Source: Candidatus Micrarchaeota archaeon | GTDB lineage: Archaea; Micrarchaeota; Micrarchaeia; Micrarchaeales; CABMGC01 | DNA length: 64,000 bases | Reading direction: 5' to 3' | NCBI GenBank assembly: GCA_021848025.1 | Contig: JAJZND010000011.1 | Coordinates: forward strand, 16,664 to 80,663 | Part shown: positions 28,198 to 37,205 of the stretch, piece after piece | Layout: each line of letters opens with the position of its first letter | Position numbering within the stretch: position 1 is the first letter of the stretch | The notes under the pieces: model-generated | What the model was told of the DNA's origin: nothing | Databases searched by the model: none | Seen by the model: the letters and a program-made list of their open reading frames with translations, nothing else | Translations under genes and position numbers: made by a program

Positions 28198-29019
28198 CGC
28201 AAGTGCCATGGACATAAGCGAAATATTTCTGGCTTTTTCATAGAATTTTTTGTTGCGTACCTCAAGGCAGCTATATGAAACATAGAAAAGAAGAAGATCC
28301 GAAATTATTATAATTGTAAGATATACGTAGTTTGCTCTGAACGGTGCGATATAGACGAAAAGATAGAAGCTTATAAAAATAGCGGCTATATATAGCAAAA
28401 AGGCGAAGACTGCAGAATTCTTCTTGCCTATTACGCCGGGCAGTGTTTTTGCCTTTCTCATCCTGACATCGCCTTCGTAATCTCTTATAGTTCCATGAAT
28501 CTCGCGCGCGATGCCGCTCAGGAAGATCATTATAGAGACAAGTATTATGCTGGATCCAAGCCCGCTGCTTACAACATAATTGCCGAAGACAAACGGTATT
28601 GCCATGGAGAATGCTATATAAGAGTTGCCGGCAAGTGGCAGCTCCTTTATCTTATAACTATACAATAGAGAAAATGCCGCAAATATGATTGCTATCACTA
28701 GGCAATAAACATTTATCAGTGCGCTTGCAATTATCCCGATGGCCATGAATATAAAAGTCAGATAAAGAGCTGAACTCCTGCTGAGTTCTCCGGTTACCAA
28801 TGGCCTCTTTTTCTTATTGGCTTTATCTACCTCTACGTCAAAATAATCGTTTATCGCAAACGAGCCCATGCTTATGAATATAGGCGTGATAAAACTTAGT
28901 GCAAGATAGTTGGCAGATGGCAGCCCCTTAGTGATAAGTTCAGCAGCCAGAACAGCAAATACCAGCATCAGGCTATGTTCTATCCTTGTAAGCCTAAGTA
29001 CTGCGCTTATTTTGCCCAT
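28168..29019 (-). CDS. UbiA-family prenyltransferase (possibly digeranylgeranylglyceryl phosphate synthase)
   Basis: Asp-rich motif NDYFDVEVD and a polytopic membrane profile of 8-9 TM segments. The specific substrate is an inference. Confidence 0.75.
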   Translation of the reverse strand: MGKISAVLRLTRIEHSLMLVFAVLAAELITKGLPSANYLALSFITPIFISMGSFAINDYFDVEVDKANKKKRPLVTGELSRSSALYLTFIFMAIGIIASALINVYCLVIAIIFAAFSLLYSYKIKELPLAGNSYIAFSMAIPFVFGNYVVSSGLGSSIILVSIMIFLSGIAREIHGTIRDYEGDVRMRKAKTLPGVIGKKNSAVFAFLLYIAAIFISFYLFVYIAPFRANYVYLTIIIISDLLLFYVSYSCLEVRNKKFYEKARNISLMSMALALIALILAPL

Positions 29020-29112
29020 AGATTAGGATTGTAAAGACAAAAGTATAAATAAAGGCTAGAGATGCCAGTTTAAGCCGAAGCCACTAAATTAGCAAAAGAA
29101 TCTAGTGAACAG

Positions 29113-30984
29113 CTACAGTCCTAGCCCCATATATAAGGCTTCTTCATTCCTAAGCTCTTCGGTTGGCTTTTTGGCAATAGGAGTAACCGCCTCGGCTAAT
29201 TGACTGTCGCTGCTGCTTTTCGGCTTTTCCCTGGACAATTCCAATGGCAGTCCAACCCACATTGTTAAATAGCGTATGTCTATCCTGTCGCGCTTATTCT
29301 GTGCTGCATCTCCGCTAACTTCCTTAACGCCAAGCAGTTCCTTTTCGAAATCGCCCATATGGCTGCGGATAACCCTCATATATCTCTCGGAATTAGGCAA
29401 CTTCGCAACAACCCCTGACATTTTCGAATACGCCATTCTCGAATATTCATTGAATATATCTGACAATTTCGTCTTTGCAGCAGTATCAGCGCCGGCCTTT
29501 CTATCTGCTGTCCACTCTGAAAGTGCACTTAGGATATCCTCTCCGTTCCTGAAGCTAGGCGCAAAATCTATCTGCACTTCTTTCGCTGCAATATCCGTAC
29601 CCTTCTTTGCCATATTCTGTATAATGATATTTGCTCTTCGCATCTTGCTTGCAAGGCTGTCCGCTGTTCCACTAACTTCTTCCCTTCCTGCAATCCCTGC
29701 AGCAACCATTAGCCTTGCGTCTATATGTATCAGCAAATTGAGAATGCTGGCTTCACGTGCAATTTCGTTGTCTATCCTGTCTCCCGGATTTATGGATTTG
29801 TCTATCTCCGAGAGTCTATTCAGATTTTTGTCCATGGTGCTCTTTATCTTGTCTTCAAGTGCCTTCTTTCTTGCTGCTGCTTCAGCTGAAGAAATCTGCA
29901 TATTCCTAGACTGCGAGTTTGCAGTAATTTCTCTTACTTCTATGACCTTTGCATCTGTTACATTGCCTGGCTGTGTATGTTGCGGAAGCTGGTTAGTTCT
30001 TTGGCCTGCATTAGCTGCGCCGATTACCCTGGCGCCGGACTGCACAGGCGCAGTTAATTCTGCACGATTTCCGGTAATAATCAATGCCCCCTGCTCTAGC
30101 CTGGACACTGGACGCGTTGCTACATCTTCGTGTATATTATTTGCAAATTTCCTTATGAATTCTAGACCTGCGTCTATCTTCTGCTTAGGTGTTGCATTCC
30201 TGGGGTTTTCCATTACGTTAATCATGTCAAGTATTAAGCTTGCATCCAATGCTCCAATCGCGCGGTCGAAAACCATCTCTGCTGTCTGATGCATCCGCTC
30301 TACAGCTCCTTCTTTATTCCCTTTCAAATCAGGGTGTATCTGCTTGTTCACGCCTTCCAAGAACAGGTTCCTGTTATTTTCGATATTTCCCGTTGTCCTC
30401 CAAGTTACCTTACCCTTCCTATTGGCATTTTCATTTGCTACAAGATAATCGCTCAGTCTATCCGCTACAGGGTTTATCCTGTTCATCACATCATTTTTAA
30501 ATGCACTTACTTGGGCACTTTGGGTTTCAATCTCATGGGCCAGGTACTTCTGTGGATCTGACCCGCGTATCGGGGCAAAACCGGGTACGCTTCCTGGATT
30601 ATCTGCTATTCGCATGCGCGCCTTATCTATTGCATAAGCGGGCGTTACCCTGGCAGCATAGTCTGAAATCACGGCAAGCATATGGTCTACGGATCCCTTT
30701 CTAAGCCCGTTTATTTCTGCATTCTGCTCATTTGGATTTTTATACCCCCTTACGATATCGATTATGGGATTATATGCTTCGCTTATAGCACGTACTGCAT
30801 CCCTATTCAAGCGCAATCTATCACTTACACCCATGGATAAGTCTTCAAGGTGTGTCACTATCAAGCCCATCTTTCCCCTATAAGGGCCTGTTGCATTTCC
30901 CGCAAAATCACGCAGCATATTGTTCGTTTCTATTGTGGTGTATCCGAATTTCATCTGTCTTTTTACTGGATCCTTGAATGGCAT
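29113..30984 (-). CDS. large hypothetical soluble protein (623 aa)
   Basis: Long ORF with normal protein-like composition. No TM segment, signal peptide or recognisable motif. The antisense 337-aa ORF is Ser/Leu/Ala-rich and judged an artefact. Confidence 0.6.
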   Translation of the reverse strand: MPFKDPVKRQMKFGYTTIETNNMLRDFAGNATGPYRGKMGLIVTHLEDLSMGVSDRLRLNRDAVRAISEAYNPIIDIVRGYKNPNEQNAEINGLRKGSVDHMLAVISDYAARVTPAYAIDKARMRIADNPGSVPGFAPIRGSDPQKYLAHEIETQSAQVSAFKNDVMNRINPVADRLSDYLVANENANRKGKVTWRTTGNIENNRNLFLEGVNKQIHPDLKGNKEGAVERMHQTAEMVFDRAIGALDASLILDMINVMENPRNATPKQKIDAGLEFIRKFANNIHEDVATRPVSRLEQGALIITGNRAELTAPVQSGARVIGAANAGQRTNQLPQHTQPGNVTDAKVIEVREITANSQSRNMQISSAEAAARKKALEDKIKSTMDKNLNRLSEIDKSINPGDRIDNEIAREASILNLLIHIDARLMVAAGIAGREEVSGTADSLASKMRRANIIIQNMAKKGTDIAAKEVQIDFAPSFRNGEDILSALSEWTADRKAGADTAAKTKLSDIFNEYSRMAYSKMSGVVAKLPNSERYMRVIRSHMGDFEKELLGVKEVSGDAAQNKRDRIDIRYLTMWVGLPLELSREKPKSSSDSQLAEAVTPIAKKPTEELRNEEALYMGLGL

Positions 30985-31133
30985 GATATCGCCTCATTAA
31001 ATTAGTGTATGGCATGATATTTATATATTCCTCGATAAGGCTGCGTTGAAGCTGGATTTAAAAAGCTTGTGGCTATTTGCTGCTAACTATTTATATCATA
31101 GGGAATCAGTGTGATTACTTGCATGGTGTTAAA

Positions 31134-31601
31134 ATGGAGCGTTCATTAAAACCCAGACTAGTCGAAAATCAAAAAGAGGTTTTTTTCTATATTGCGCGAA
31201 GCAATATGGCCGCACCATTCAATCCTGACGTTGAACATGGCATCGTATCCGGCAGTAATCCACGGAACGCTCTGCTTTTGGTAAAGAATAATTACTATTA
31301 CCCGTTTGGTACGTACAGCATACATCTTTTAGCAAGCTCGGCAAGAGTCATAGCAAATGGGAAAGGTTTCATGGTGGCTGAAGACAGCGATGAAATCGTG
31401 GCAAGATGGCTCTCTGCGAAGGCCAGAACTATTGAAGCTGCAGGGCCTGGAGAGTATCTCTGGGTTGGTGGTAACTTATACGTCAATGGAGAACCTGCAA
31501 AGAAGCAATACAAAAGGCCGCTTATAGAAATTTTCAGGGACAGCGCACCGATTTCAGTCATTGATCAGTCTATTCCGGTTAACGTCTCACAGCTGCATTG
31601 A
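31134..31601 (+). CDS. hypothetical protein
   Basis: 155 aa from ATG 31134 (track ORF from TTG 31077). ATTTATAT element about 37 nt upstream. No recognised motif. Confidence 0.45.
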   Translation: MERSLKPRLVENQKEVFFYIARSNMAAPFNPDVEHGIVSGSNPRNALLLVKNNYYYPFGTYSIHLLASSARVIANGKGFMVAEDSDEIVARWLSAKARTIEAAGPGEYLWVGGNLYVNGEPAKKQYKRPLIEIFRDSAPISVIDQSIPVNVSQLH

Positions 31602-31766
31602 AAATATCTGGCATATAGAGATTAAAAAGCTCAATCGCCACCGTTAGTGGCAGTTACTGTACTGACTTTTCTCTCATCTTTTCTTAATGAAGCTTTAAAT
31701 ATCTTTTTGTGTAGAATATATCTGCTTCATGCTTCCGAATGCTTCGCATTCTAGGATTCCTGAGAC

Positions 31767-32069
31767 ATGATTTTAATGGCAGATTTAAACAACGAGATTA
31801 GATTAGCGGTAGATACCGGTAAGGTAGAGTTCGGACTGCGCAGTTCCATCAAGTCAATCAGCGATGCAAAGGCACTGGCTGTTGTAGTTGCAGAAAAAGG
31901 AAAGAAAGAATATGTAGATGATCTCATACACATGTGCAATATTGCGAATGTAAAGTTGATAAGATTTAGCGGAAACTCGGTCGAGCTCGGAGCACTATGC
32001 GGGAAACCCTTCTCAATCAATGCTCTAGCTGTGTTAGAACCTGGGAATTCAGGGATAGTCAATTATTAG
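31767..32069 (+). CDS. rpl30e: 50S ribosomal protein L30e
   Basis: NNEIRLAVDTGKVEFG...AKALAVVVAEK...GNSVELGALCGKPF, matching the L30e/L7Ae-fold pattern. About 100 aa. Confidence 0.85.
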   Translation: MILMADLNNEIRLAVDTGKVEFGLRSSIKSISDAKALAVVVAEKGKKEYVDDLIHMCNIANVKLIRFSGNSVELGALCGKPFSINALAVLEPGNSGIVNY

Positions 32070-32079
32070 GTGTATATGC

Positions 32080-32511
32080 TTGCCAAACGGAGAATTTGCA
32101 GCTAAGGAACTTGTAAAAAAGAGAAAGAAGCAGAGGATGCTTAATAAGGCCTGGAAGCGGAGATACTTCAAGCTGAAAAAGAAGTATGATCCTGTCGGTA
32201 CAGTTCCTATGGCGCGGGCCCTGGTGCTTCAGAAATTTGTCCTTCAGCAGAAGCAGCCACACTCTGGTCTTATAAAATGTGTCAGGGTGCAGTTAGTAAA
32301 GAATGGCAAAGTGGTCGGTGCATATGTGCCTTATGATGGTTCAATAAACATGATTGAGGAGCACGACGAGGTCACCATACAGGGAATGGGCGGCTCTCAG
32401 AGAGGGCAGATGGGCAGCATACCTGGCCTTAAATACAGAGTAATAGCAGTTAACGGCGCAGACCTTTTCGAAGTAGTAAAAGGTAAGAAAGAGAAACCAA
32501 AGAGGAAATAG
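32080..32511 (+). CDS. rps12: 30S ribosomal protein S12
   Basis: KQPHSGLIKCVRVQLVKNGK...DEHDEVTIQGMGG...IPGLKYRVIAVNG. TTG start; alignment from memory with archaeal S12 begins at this codon (MP.G.FAA). Confidence 0.9.
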   Translation: MPNGEFAAKELVKKRKKQRMLNKAWKRRYFKLKKKYDPVGTVPMARALVLQKFVLQQKQPHSGLIKCVRVQLVKNGKVVGAYVPYDGSINMIEEHDEVTIQGMGGSQRGQMGSIPGLKYRVIAVNGADLFEVVKGKKEKPKRK

Positions 32512-32512
32512 A

Positions 32513-33304
32513 ATGGCAGTGGAAGAGGTAAAGGCAGAGGAGCAAAAAGAAGAGGCTGTTGCTGAAGAGTCAGCAGGAAAATCGCAACGGAGGCGCAGGC
32601 CGTCTCAAAAGCAGCAGGCATCTGATATGCAGGAAGTGCCTTATGCTGCGCAGGATGCTGCAGCCAAGTCAAAGAGTGAACCTGATGTAGTCCACGGGGG
32701 TAACGTACTTCTCTTCGGAAAGTATCCGCTCAACGATGTAAAAGTGGAAGATCAGAGCATATCCAGCTACATACGATTCGGAAACTACGAGTATCCGAAC
32801 ATTTTCGGGCGCAGGAAATTCCAGTCTTATTATAATGCGCATATAAGCATAATAGAGAGGCTAATGAATAAGCTGATGCGCGGTGGCACGGGGAAGAAAA
32901 TAGGCGGCAAAGTAATAAGAACGGAAGGCAGGCTTCAGGGGAAGAAGCTCAAGGTAATGCATATAGTTGAAGATTCATTTGAGAAGATAAGCAAGAAGAC
33001 AGGGAAGAATCCTGTTCAGGTCTTTGTGGATGCGATAGAGCATGCCGCACCTATAGAAGACACAACAAGGGTCAGGTACGGGGGCATTTCATATAACGTA
33101 GCTGTTGGAATAAGCGCTCAAAGGCGCGTAGATGTTGCGCTGAAAAATATAGCACTCTCTGCAATAATCGGCTCGTTTAACAAGAGGAAAAGCGTTGCCG
33201 ATGCGCTTGCAGATGAACTCATACTCGCTGCAACAAACTCCTCGGAAAGCTATGCTATCAAGAAGAGAACCGATGTAGAGAGAATAGCGAAGAGGGCAAG
33301 GTAA
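32513..33304 (+). CDS. rps7: 30S ribosomal protein S7 with an N-terminal charged extension of about 65 aa
   Basis: The conserved S7 core starts near LLFGKYPLNDVKVEDQSISSYI and ends at ...KKRTDVERIAKRAR. The ATG lies 1 nt after the S12 stop. Confidence 0.88.
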   Translation: MAVEEVKAEEQKEEAVAEESAGKSQRRRRPSQKQQASDMQEVPYAAQDAAAKSKSEPDVVHGGNVLLFGKYPLNDVKVEDQSISSYIRFGNYEYPNIFGRRKFQSYYNAHISIIERLMNKLMRGGTGKKIGGKVIRTEGRLQGKKLKVMHIVEDSFEKISKKTGKNPVQVFVDAIEHAAPIEDTTRVRYGGISYNVAVGISAQRRVDVALKNIALSAIIGSFNKRKSVADALADELILAATNSSESYAIKKRTDVERIAKRAR

Positions 33305-33309
33305 TAATA

Positions 33310-35502
33310 ATGGTGAGGAAAGAGTTCGTTGCTGAGGAAGTAGCACGATTAATGAAGGATATCGCAAGGATAAGGAACGTGGCTATAATAGCGCATGTAC
33401 ATCATGGCAAAACCACGCTGACAGATTCGCTGCTCGCCCGTGCAGGCATAATATCCAAGAATGTAGCAGGAGAAGCGCTTTACACTAATTATGAAGCAAT
33501 AGAAAAAGACAGGAGAATGACAATTAAATCAGCAGATATCTCCCTAGCCTTCAACTACAAAGGCGCAGATTACATAATAAACCTGATAGACACGCCTGGA
33601 CACGTGGATTTCGGCGGCCATGTAACAAGGTCGATGAGGGCGGTTGACGGTGTAGTCCTTGTAGTAGATCCTGTAGAAGGAATCATGCCTCAGACGGAAA
33701 CAGTCCTAAGGCAGGCCTTGCAGGAGAGGGCAAAGCCGGTTCTTTTCGTAAACAAGGTAGACAGGCTTCTTAATGAACTCAAGCTTACGCAGGAACAGAC
33801 ATTCGAGAGATTGCTCAAGCTTATAAACGACATAAACAAGATGATTAGAAGTTACGCACCTGAAGAATTTGCAGAGAAATGGCAGCTAAGCGTAGAGTCT
33901 GGTGCCGTCTGCTTCGGATCAGCATACAAGAAATGGGCGATATCTGCAAGGATAATGGAAAAATACAAGGTAACATTCAAGCAGATATTCGAACTGACTG
34001 CAGCAAACGATGAGAAGAAGTTGCAGGAAGTTGCGCCAATAGATGAAGCTACACTCACGATGATGATAGAGCACCTGCCTAATCCGGCGCAGGCACAGCC
34101 ATACAGGATACCACGGCTATGGCATGGCGATCTGAACAGCGAGGATGGAAAAGCGATGACAACTGTCGATCCAAGTGCGAAGATAAACATGGTTATCTTT
34201 GGAGTAACTTACGATCAGCACAGCGGCGAAGTAGCAATAGGAAGGGTCTTCTCTGGCACTGTAAGGAAAGGCAGCGAAGTCTATATCTCAGGGGATCCTG
34301 ACAAGCAACGTGTTCAGCAGGTCAGCCTTTTTATGGGGCCTGAGCGCGTTTTGGTTGATTCAATCTCTGCAGGTAACATCGCAGGCATTGTAGGATTGAA
34401 GAATATTTCAATAGGTGACACTGCGAGCGAGAATGGAATAGAGCCGTTTGAACAGATAAAACACTATTCAAAGCCGGTAGTTACCAAGGCCATAGAGGCA
34501 AAGGACACGAGGGATCTGATGAAGCTTATAGAGGCACTCAGGGAGCTTTCGAAAGAGGATCAGACTCTTCAGGTAGAGCTTAACCAGGAAACAGGCGAGC
34601 ACCTGATAAGCGGAATGGGCGAATTGCATCTGGAAGTCATAGAGACGAAAGTAAGAGATGACTTTCACGTGCCAATTACCACAAGCGAGCCAATCGTCGT
34701 TTACAAGGAAACCATTGAGAAAGAAGCAAAGGACATAGAAGGCAAGACACCAAACAGGCATTCACGCTTCTATGTTACTGTTATGCCTCTGGAGCAAGGA
34801 GTACTGGATCTTCTCGACAGCGGTTCACTTAAAGATGGCAAACCAAAGGGCAAAACACATATAGACCTGCTCATAAAGGCAGGGATGCAGAGAGATGAAG
34901 CTAAGGGCGTAGTGGATATAGCCAACAACAGCATACTCATAGACGCGACGCACGGTGTGCAGTACCTTGACGAAGTGATGGAATTGCTTATAGAAGGATT
35001 TGAGGAGGCAATGAAAGACGGTCCTCTGGCAAGGGAAAAGTGCACAGGGATAAAGGTGCTCATAACAGATGCGACAATCCACGAGGATCCTGTTCACAGG
35101 GGCCCGGCGCAGATAATACCTGCGATGAGAAGGCCGATCTATGCAGGAATGCTCACTGCTGGCGTTGTGCTTCTGGAGCCGAAGCAGAAATTCACGATAA
35201 ACATACCGCAGGAGTATCTTTCAGATGTCATAAGCTTCTTAAATTCGAAGAGAGGGCAGATAATCGATATACAGCAGGAAGCAGAGCAGGCTACGCTTAT
35301 TGCCAAGATGCCTGTAGCAGAAGTAATAAAAGGTTTCTCCAATGACATGCGCGGCTTGACACAAGGGAGGGCTATCTGGTATCCGGAGTACGCCGGCTAC
35401 GAGAAGCTTCCAAAAGAGCTCCAGGACAAAGTGGTCAGGGAGATAAGAAAGAGGAAAGGACAGGATCCTGAGCCTCCGAAGCCCCAGCAGTTCATGGACT
35501 GA
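33310..35502 (+). CDS. fusA: translation elongation factor 2 (aEF-2)
   Basis: GTPase motifs AHVHHGKTT and DTPGHVDF. Diphthamide-site region HEDPVHRGPAQ. 730 aa. Confidence 0.93.
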   Translation: MVRKEFVAEEVARLMKDIARIRNVAIIAHVHHGKTTLTDSLLARAGIISKNVAGEALYTNYEAIEKDRRMTIKSADISLAFNYKGADYIINLIDTPGHVDFGGHVTRSMRAVDGVVLVVDPVEGIMPQTETVLRQALQERAKPVLFVNKVDRLLNELKLTQEQTFERLLKLINDINKMIRSYAPEEFAEKWQLSVESGAVCFGSAYKKWAISARIMEKYKVTFKQIFELTAANDEKKLQEVAPIDEATLTMMIEHLPNPAQAQPYRIPRLWHGDLNSEDGKAMTTVDPSAKINMVIFGVTYDQHSGEVAIGRVFSGTVRKGSEVYISGDPDKQRVQQVSLFMGPERVLVDSISAGNIAGIVGLKNISIGDTASENGIEPFEQIKHYSKPVVTKAIEAKDTRDLMKLIEALRELSKEDQTLQVELNQETGEHLISGMGELHLEVIETKVRDDFHVPITTSEPIVVYKETIEKEAKDIEGKTPNRHSRFYVTVMPLEQGVLDLLDSGSLKDGKPKGKTHIDLLIKAGMQRDEAKGVVDIANNSILIDATHGVQYLDEVMELLIEGFEEAMKDGPLAREKCTGIKVLITDATIHEDPVHRGPAQIIPAMRRPIYAGMLTAGVVLLEPKQKFTINIPQEYLSDVISFLNSKRGQIIDIQQEAEQATLIAKMPVAEVIKGFSNDMRGLTQGRAIWYPEYAGYEKLPKELQDKVVREIRKRKGQDPEPPKPQQFMD

Positions 35503-35549
35503 GAAACAGAAAGCTTTATATCAACCTTGAATTATATATAATACTAAAA

Positions 35550-35563
35550 CCAATGAGATGAGG
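35550..35563 (+). promoter_or_regulatory. candidate K-loop/K-turn motif overlapping the Shine-Dalgarno-like GAGGT in the L7Ae leader
   Basis: CC-AAT-GA-GAT-GA-GG reads as C-stem CC/GG, a 3-nt bulge, then tandem G.A/A.G closed by a 3-nt loop. It ends 8 nt before ATG 35571. Confidence 0.3.
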
Positions 35564-35570
35564 TAATAGA

Positions 35571-36056
35571 ATGGCTAAATCTTACATAGACTTCGAAGTT
35601 TCTAAGGAAGTGCAGGATAAGACTCTTGACGCGCTCAGGCTTGCAAGGCAAGGGGGCAATGTCAGGAAGGGAGTAAACGAGGTAACTAAAAGCGTCGAAC
35701 GCGGTCTTGCATCTCTCGTAGTTATTGCTGCTGATGTTGAACCTGAAGAAGTGGTCATGCATATCCCTACCCTTTGCAAGCAGAAGAATATAGCGTATGT
35801 TTTTGTGCCTAGCAAGCTTGAACTTGGAAAGGCTATCGGAATGAATGTCGCATGCTCCAGCGTAGCAGTAGAGAAAACGGGAAGCGCAGATGCAGCCGTC
35901 AAGGATGTTGTCGCAAGAATTACCGGCAAGTCTTCTGCTTCAGGAGAAAGTCAAAAAACACAGGAGAAGAAAGAGCAAAAGCCGCAGCAGAAAAAAGAAT
36001 CAAAGCCAAAGAAGGAGCAGCAGGCGTCAGAGCCTGTCAAAGCTCCGGAGAATTAA
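35571..36056 (+). CDS. rpl7ae: 50S ribosomal protein L7Ae with a C-terminal K/E/Q-rich tail of about 40 aa
   Basis: RKGVNEVTKSVERGLASLVVIAADVEPEEVVMHIPTLCKQKNIAYVFVPSK.ELG core. Tail is SSASGESQKTQEKKEQKPQQKKESKPKKEQQ... Confidence 0.9.
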   Translation: MAKSYIDFEVSKEVQDKTLDALRLARQGGNVRKGVNEVTKSVERGLASLVVIAADVEPEEVVMHIPTLCKQKNIAYVFVPSKLELGKAIGMNVACSSVAVEKTGSADAAVKDVVARITGKSSASGESQKTQEKKEQKPQQKKESKPKKEQQASEPVKAPEN

Positions 36057-36068
36057 AAGTGATGCTAA

Positions 36069-36359
36069 ATGGCAGAATCTGAGGGCAAGAGAAATAAAGT
36101 CGAGACCACCGACAAGCCGGAAAAGCAGCAGCAGCCTGCTGAACAGAAGAAATATGAAGGCTATCTTGCGCAGGTCGTCGATCTTGCACCAGTGCGCACA
36201 GGCATATACGGAGAGATAAAGCAAGCCATGTGTAAGGTTCTGGAAGGTAAGGATAAAGGCAGAGTCATAAGAAGAAATGTTGCCGGCAGGATAAAGGTTG
36301 GCGATATGATTCGATTACCAGATACCAGCAGGGAAGACCGGAGCATAGTGGCGAGGTAA
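36069..36359 (+). CDS. rps28e: 30S ribosomal protein S28e with an N-terminal charged extension of about 30 aa
   Basis: Core AQVVDLAPVRTGIYGEIKQAMCKVLEGKDKGRVIRRNVAGRIKVGDMIRLPDTSRE matches the S28e pattern. Confidence 0.85.
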   Translation: MAESEGKRNKVETTDKPEKQQQPAEQKKYEGYLAQVVDLAPVRTGIYGEIKQAMCKVLEGKDKGRVIRRNVAGRIKVGDMIRLPDTSREDRSIVAR

Positions 36360-36364
36360 GCATC

Positions 36365-36532
36365 ATGAAATGCACATACTGCACTGTGGAGATAGAAAAA
36401 GGGACAGGCTTCGCATTTGTAAGGCGTACGGGAGTGATAAGATATTACTGTTCGAGAAGATGCTATAAGCTTAACGAGAAGCACAGGAGGAAACCAAACA
36501 AGAAGGAAATAGAAGAGAGGACAGGCACATAG
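36365..36532 (+). CDS. rpl24e: 50S ribosomal protein L24e (55 aa; below the ORF-track cutoff)
   Basis: Hand translation: MKCTYCTVEIEKGTGFAFVRRTGVIRYYCSRRCYKLNEKHRRKPNKKEIEERTGT. C-x2-C...C-x3-C zinc-ribbon pattern and the conserved L7Ae-S28e-L24e gene order. Confidence 0.85.
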   Translation: MKCTYCTVEIEKGTGFAFVRRTGVIRYYCSRRCYKLNEKHRRKPNKKEIEERTGT

Positions 36533-36617
36533 CCTGCCTGATGAATGCATTCGCACTGCCGCACCTTGGGACTATCGCAGCAAGTATATTCATATTACAA
36601 AGGCAAAATCCCGGTAT

Positions 36618-37175
36618 GTGGGTGTATTTATCAAAGCAAATGCATCGTTTCTAGTAATCCTGCTGCTGGTTTTTTCAATCGCGTCATTTGCATACTTATA
36701 TCTAAGAGGGCAGAGCACCACCATACTCAAAAATGATCCGGTTGGGTTTAATGTTGGCGAGGTATCAATTTCCGATGGCAGCGCCTCCAGCGTATACTAC
36801 GTCTATCTGGCAGGAAATCTCAGCCAATGGGAAAAAGGATACATGAATGTAAGCGGGATAGGCGACTGCGATGGCCATTCTCCGTGCCTGGGCATGCTCT
36901 TCTACGGACTCAATTCCACGCAATATTCTGCTTATTCGACCGCTTCTAGCGAGTGTTTCTGGATGGTTAACACATACTTTCCACTGGAACAGTATTGGTT
37001 CTTCGTGAACGGAACTGTCGCACAACGGTTTTTAGGCTCTCCATTATCAACCTACAGCAAATGCTGGCCGAGTAATGTTCATGGGCTTCCGAATGGAATA
37101 GTGCTGGAAACTTCGCAAAACTTTACCATGGAGAATGGCAATTCTTTATCTATCTTGAGGCTGAATGTCACATAG
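36618..37175 (+). CDS. membrane-anchored DUF192-like protein
   Basis: N-terminal TM helix. The GMLF....FWMVNTYFPLEQYWF pattern resembles the DUF192 signature (GMLF...FWMkNT.iPLD) from memory. GTG start. Confidence 0.45.
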   Translation: MGVFIKANASFLVILLLVFSIASFAYLYLRGQSTTILKNDPVGFNVGEVSISDGSASSVYYVYLAGNLSQWEKGYMNVSGIGDCDGHSPCLGMLFYGLNSTQYSAYSTASSECFWMVNTYFPLEQYWFFVNGTVAQRFLGSPLSTYSKCWPSNVHGLPNGIVLETSQNFTMENGNSLSILRLNVT

Positions 37176-37205
37176 TGAAAAGCGCCTGCTTTAACGGTAT
37201 TAGCA

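Noticed and set aside
29276-30289. 337-aa plus-strand ORF antisense to the 623-aa gene.
   Set aside because: Its Ser/Leu/Ala/Phe/Cys-rich, low-charge composition is typical of the reverse complement of a real gene. The minus-strand product has normal composition and a longer ORF.
36533-36617. CTGATGA just after L24e considered as the C box of a C/D box sRNA.
   Set aside because: There is no matching CTGA D box, and no C'/D' arrangement at the expected 50-70 nt spacing.
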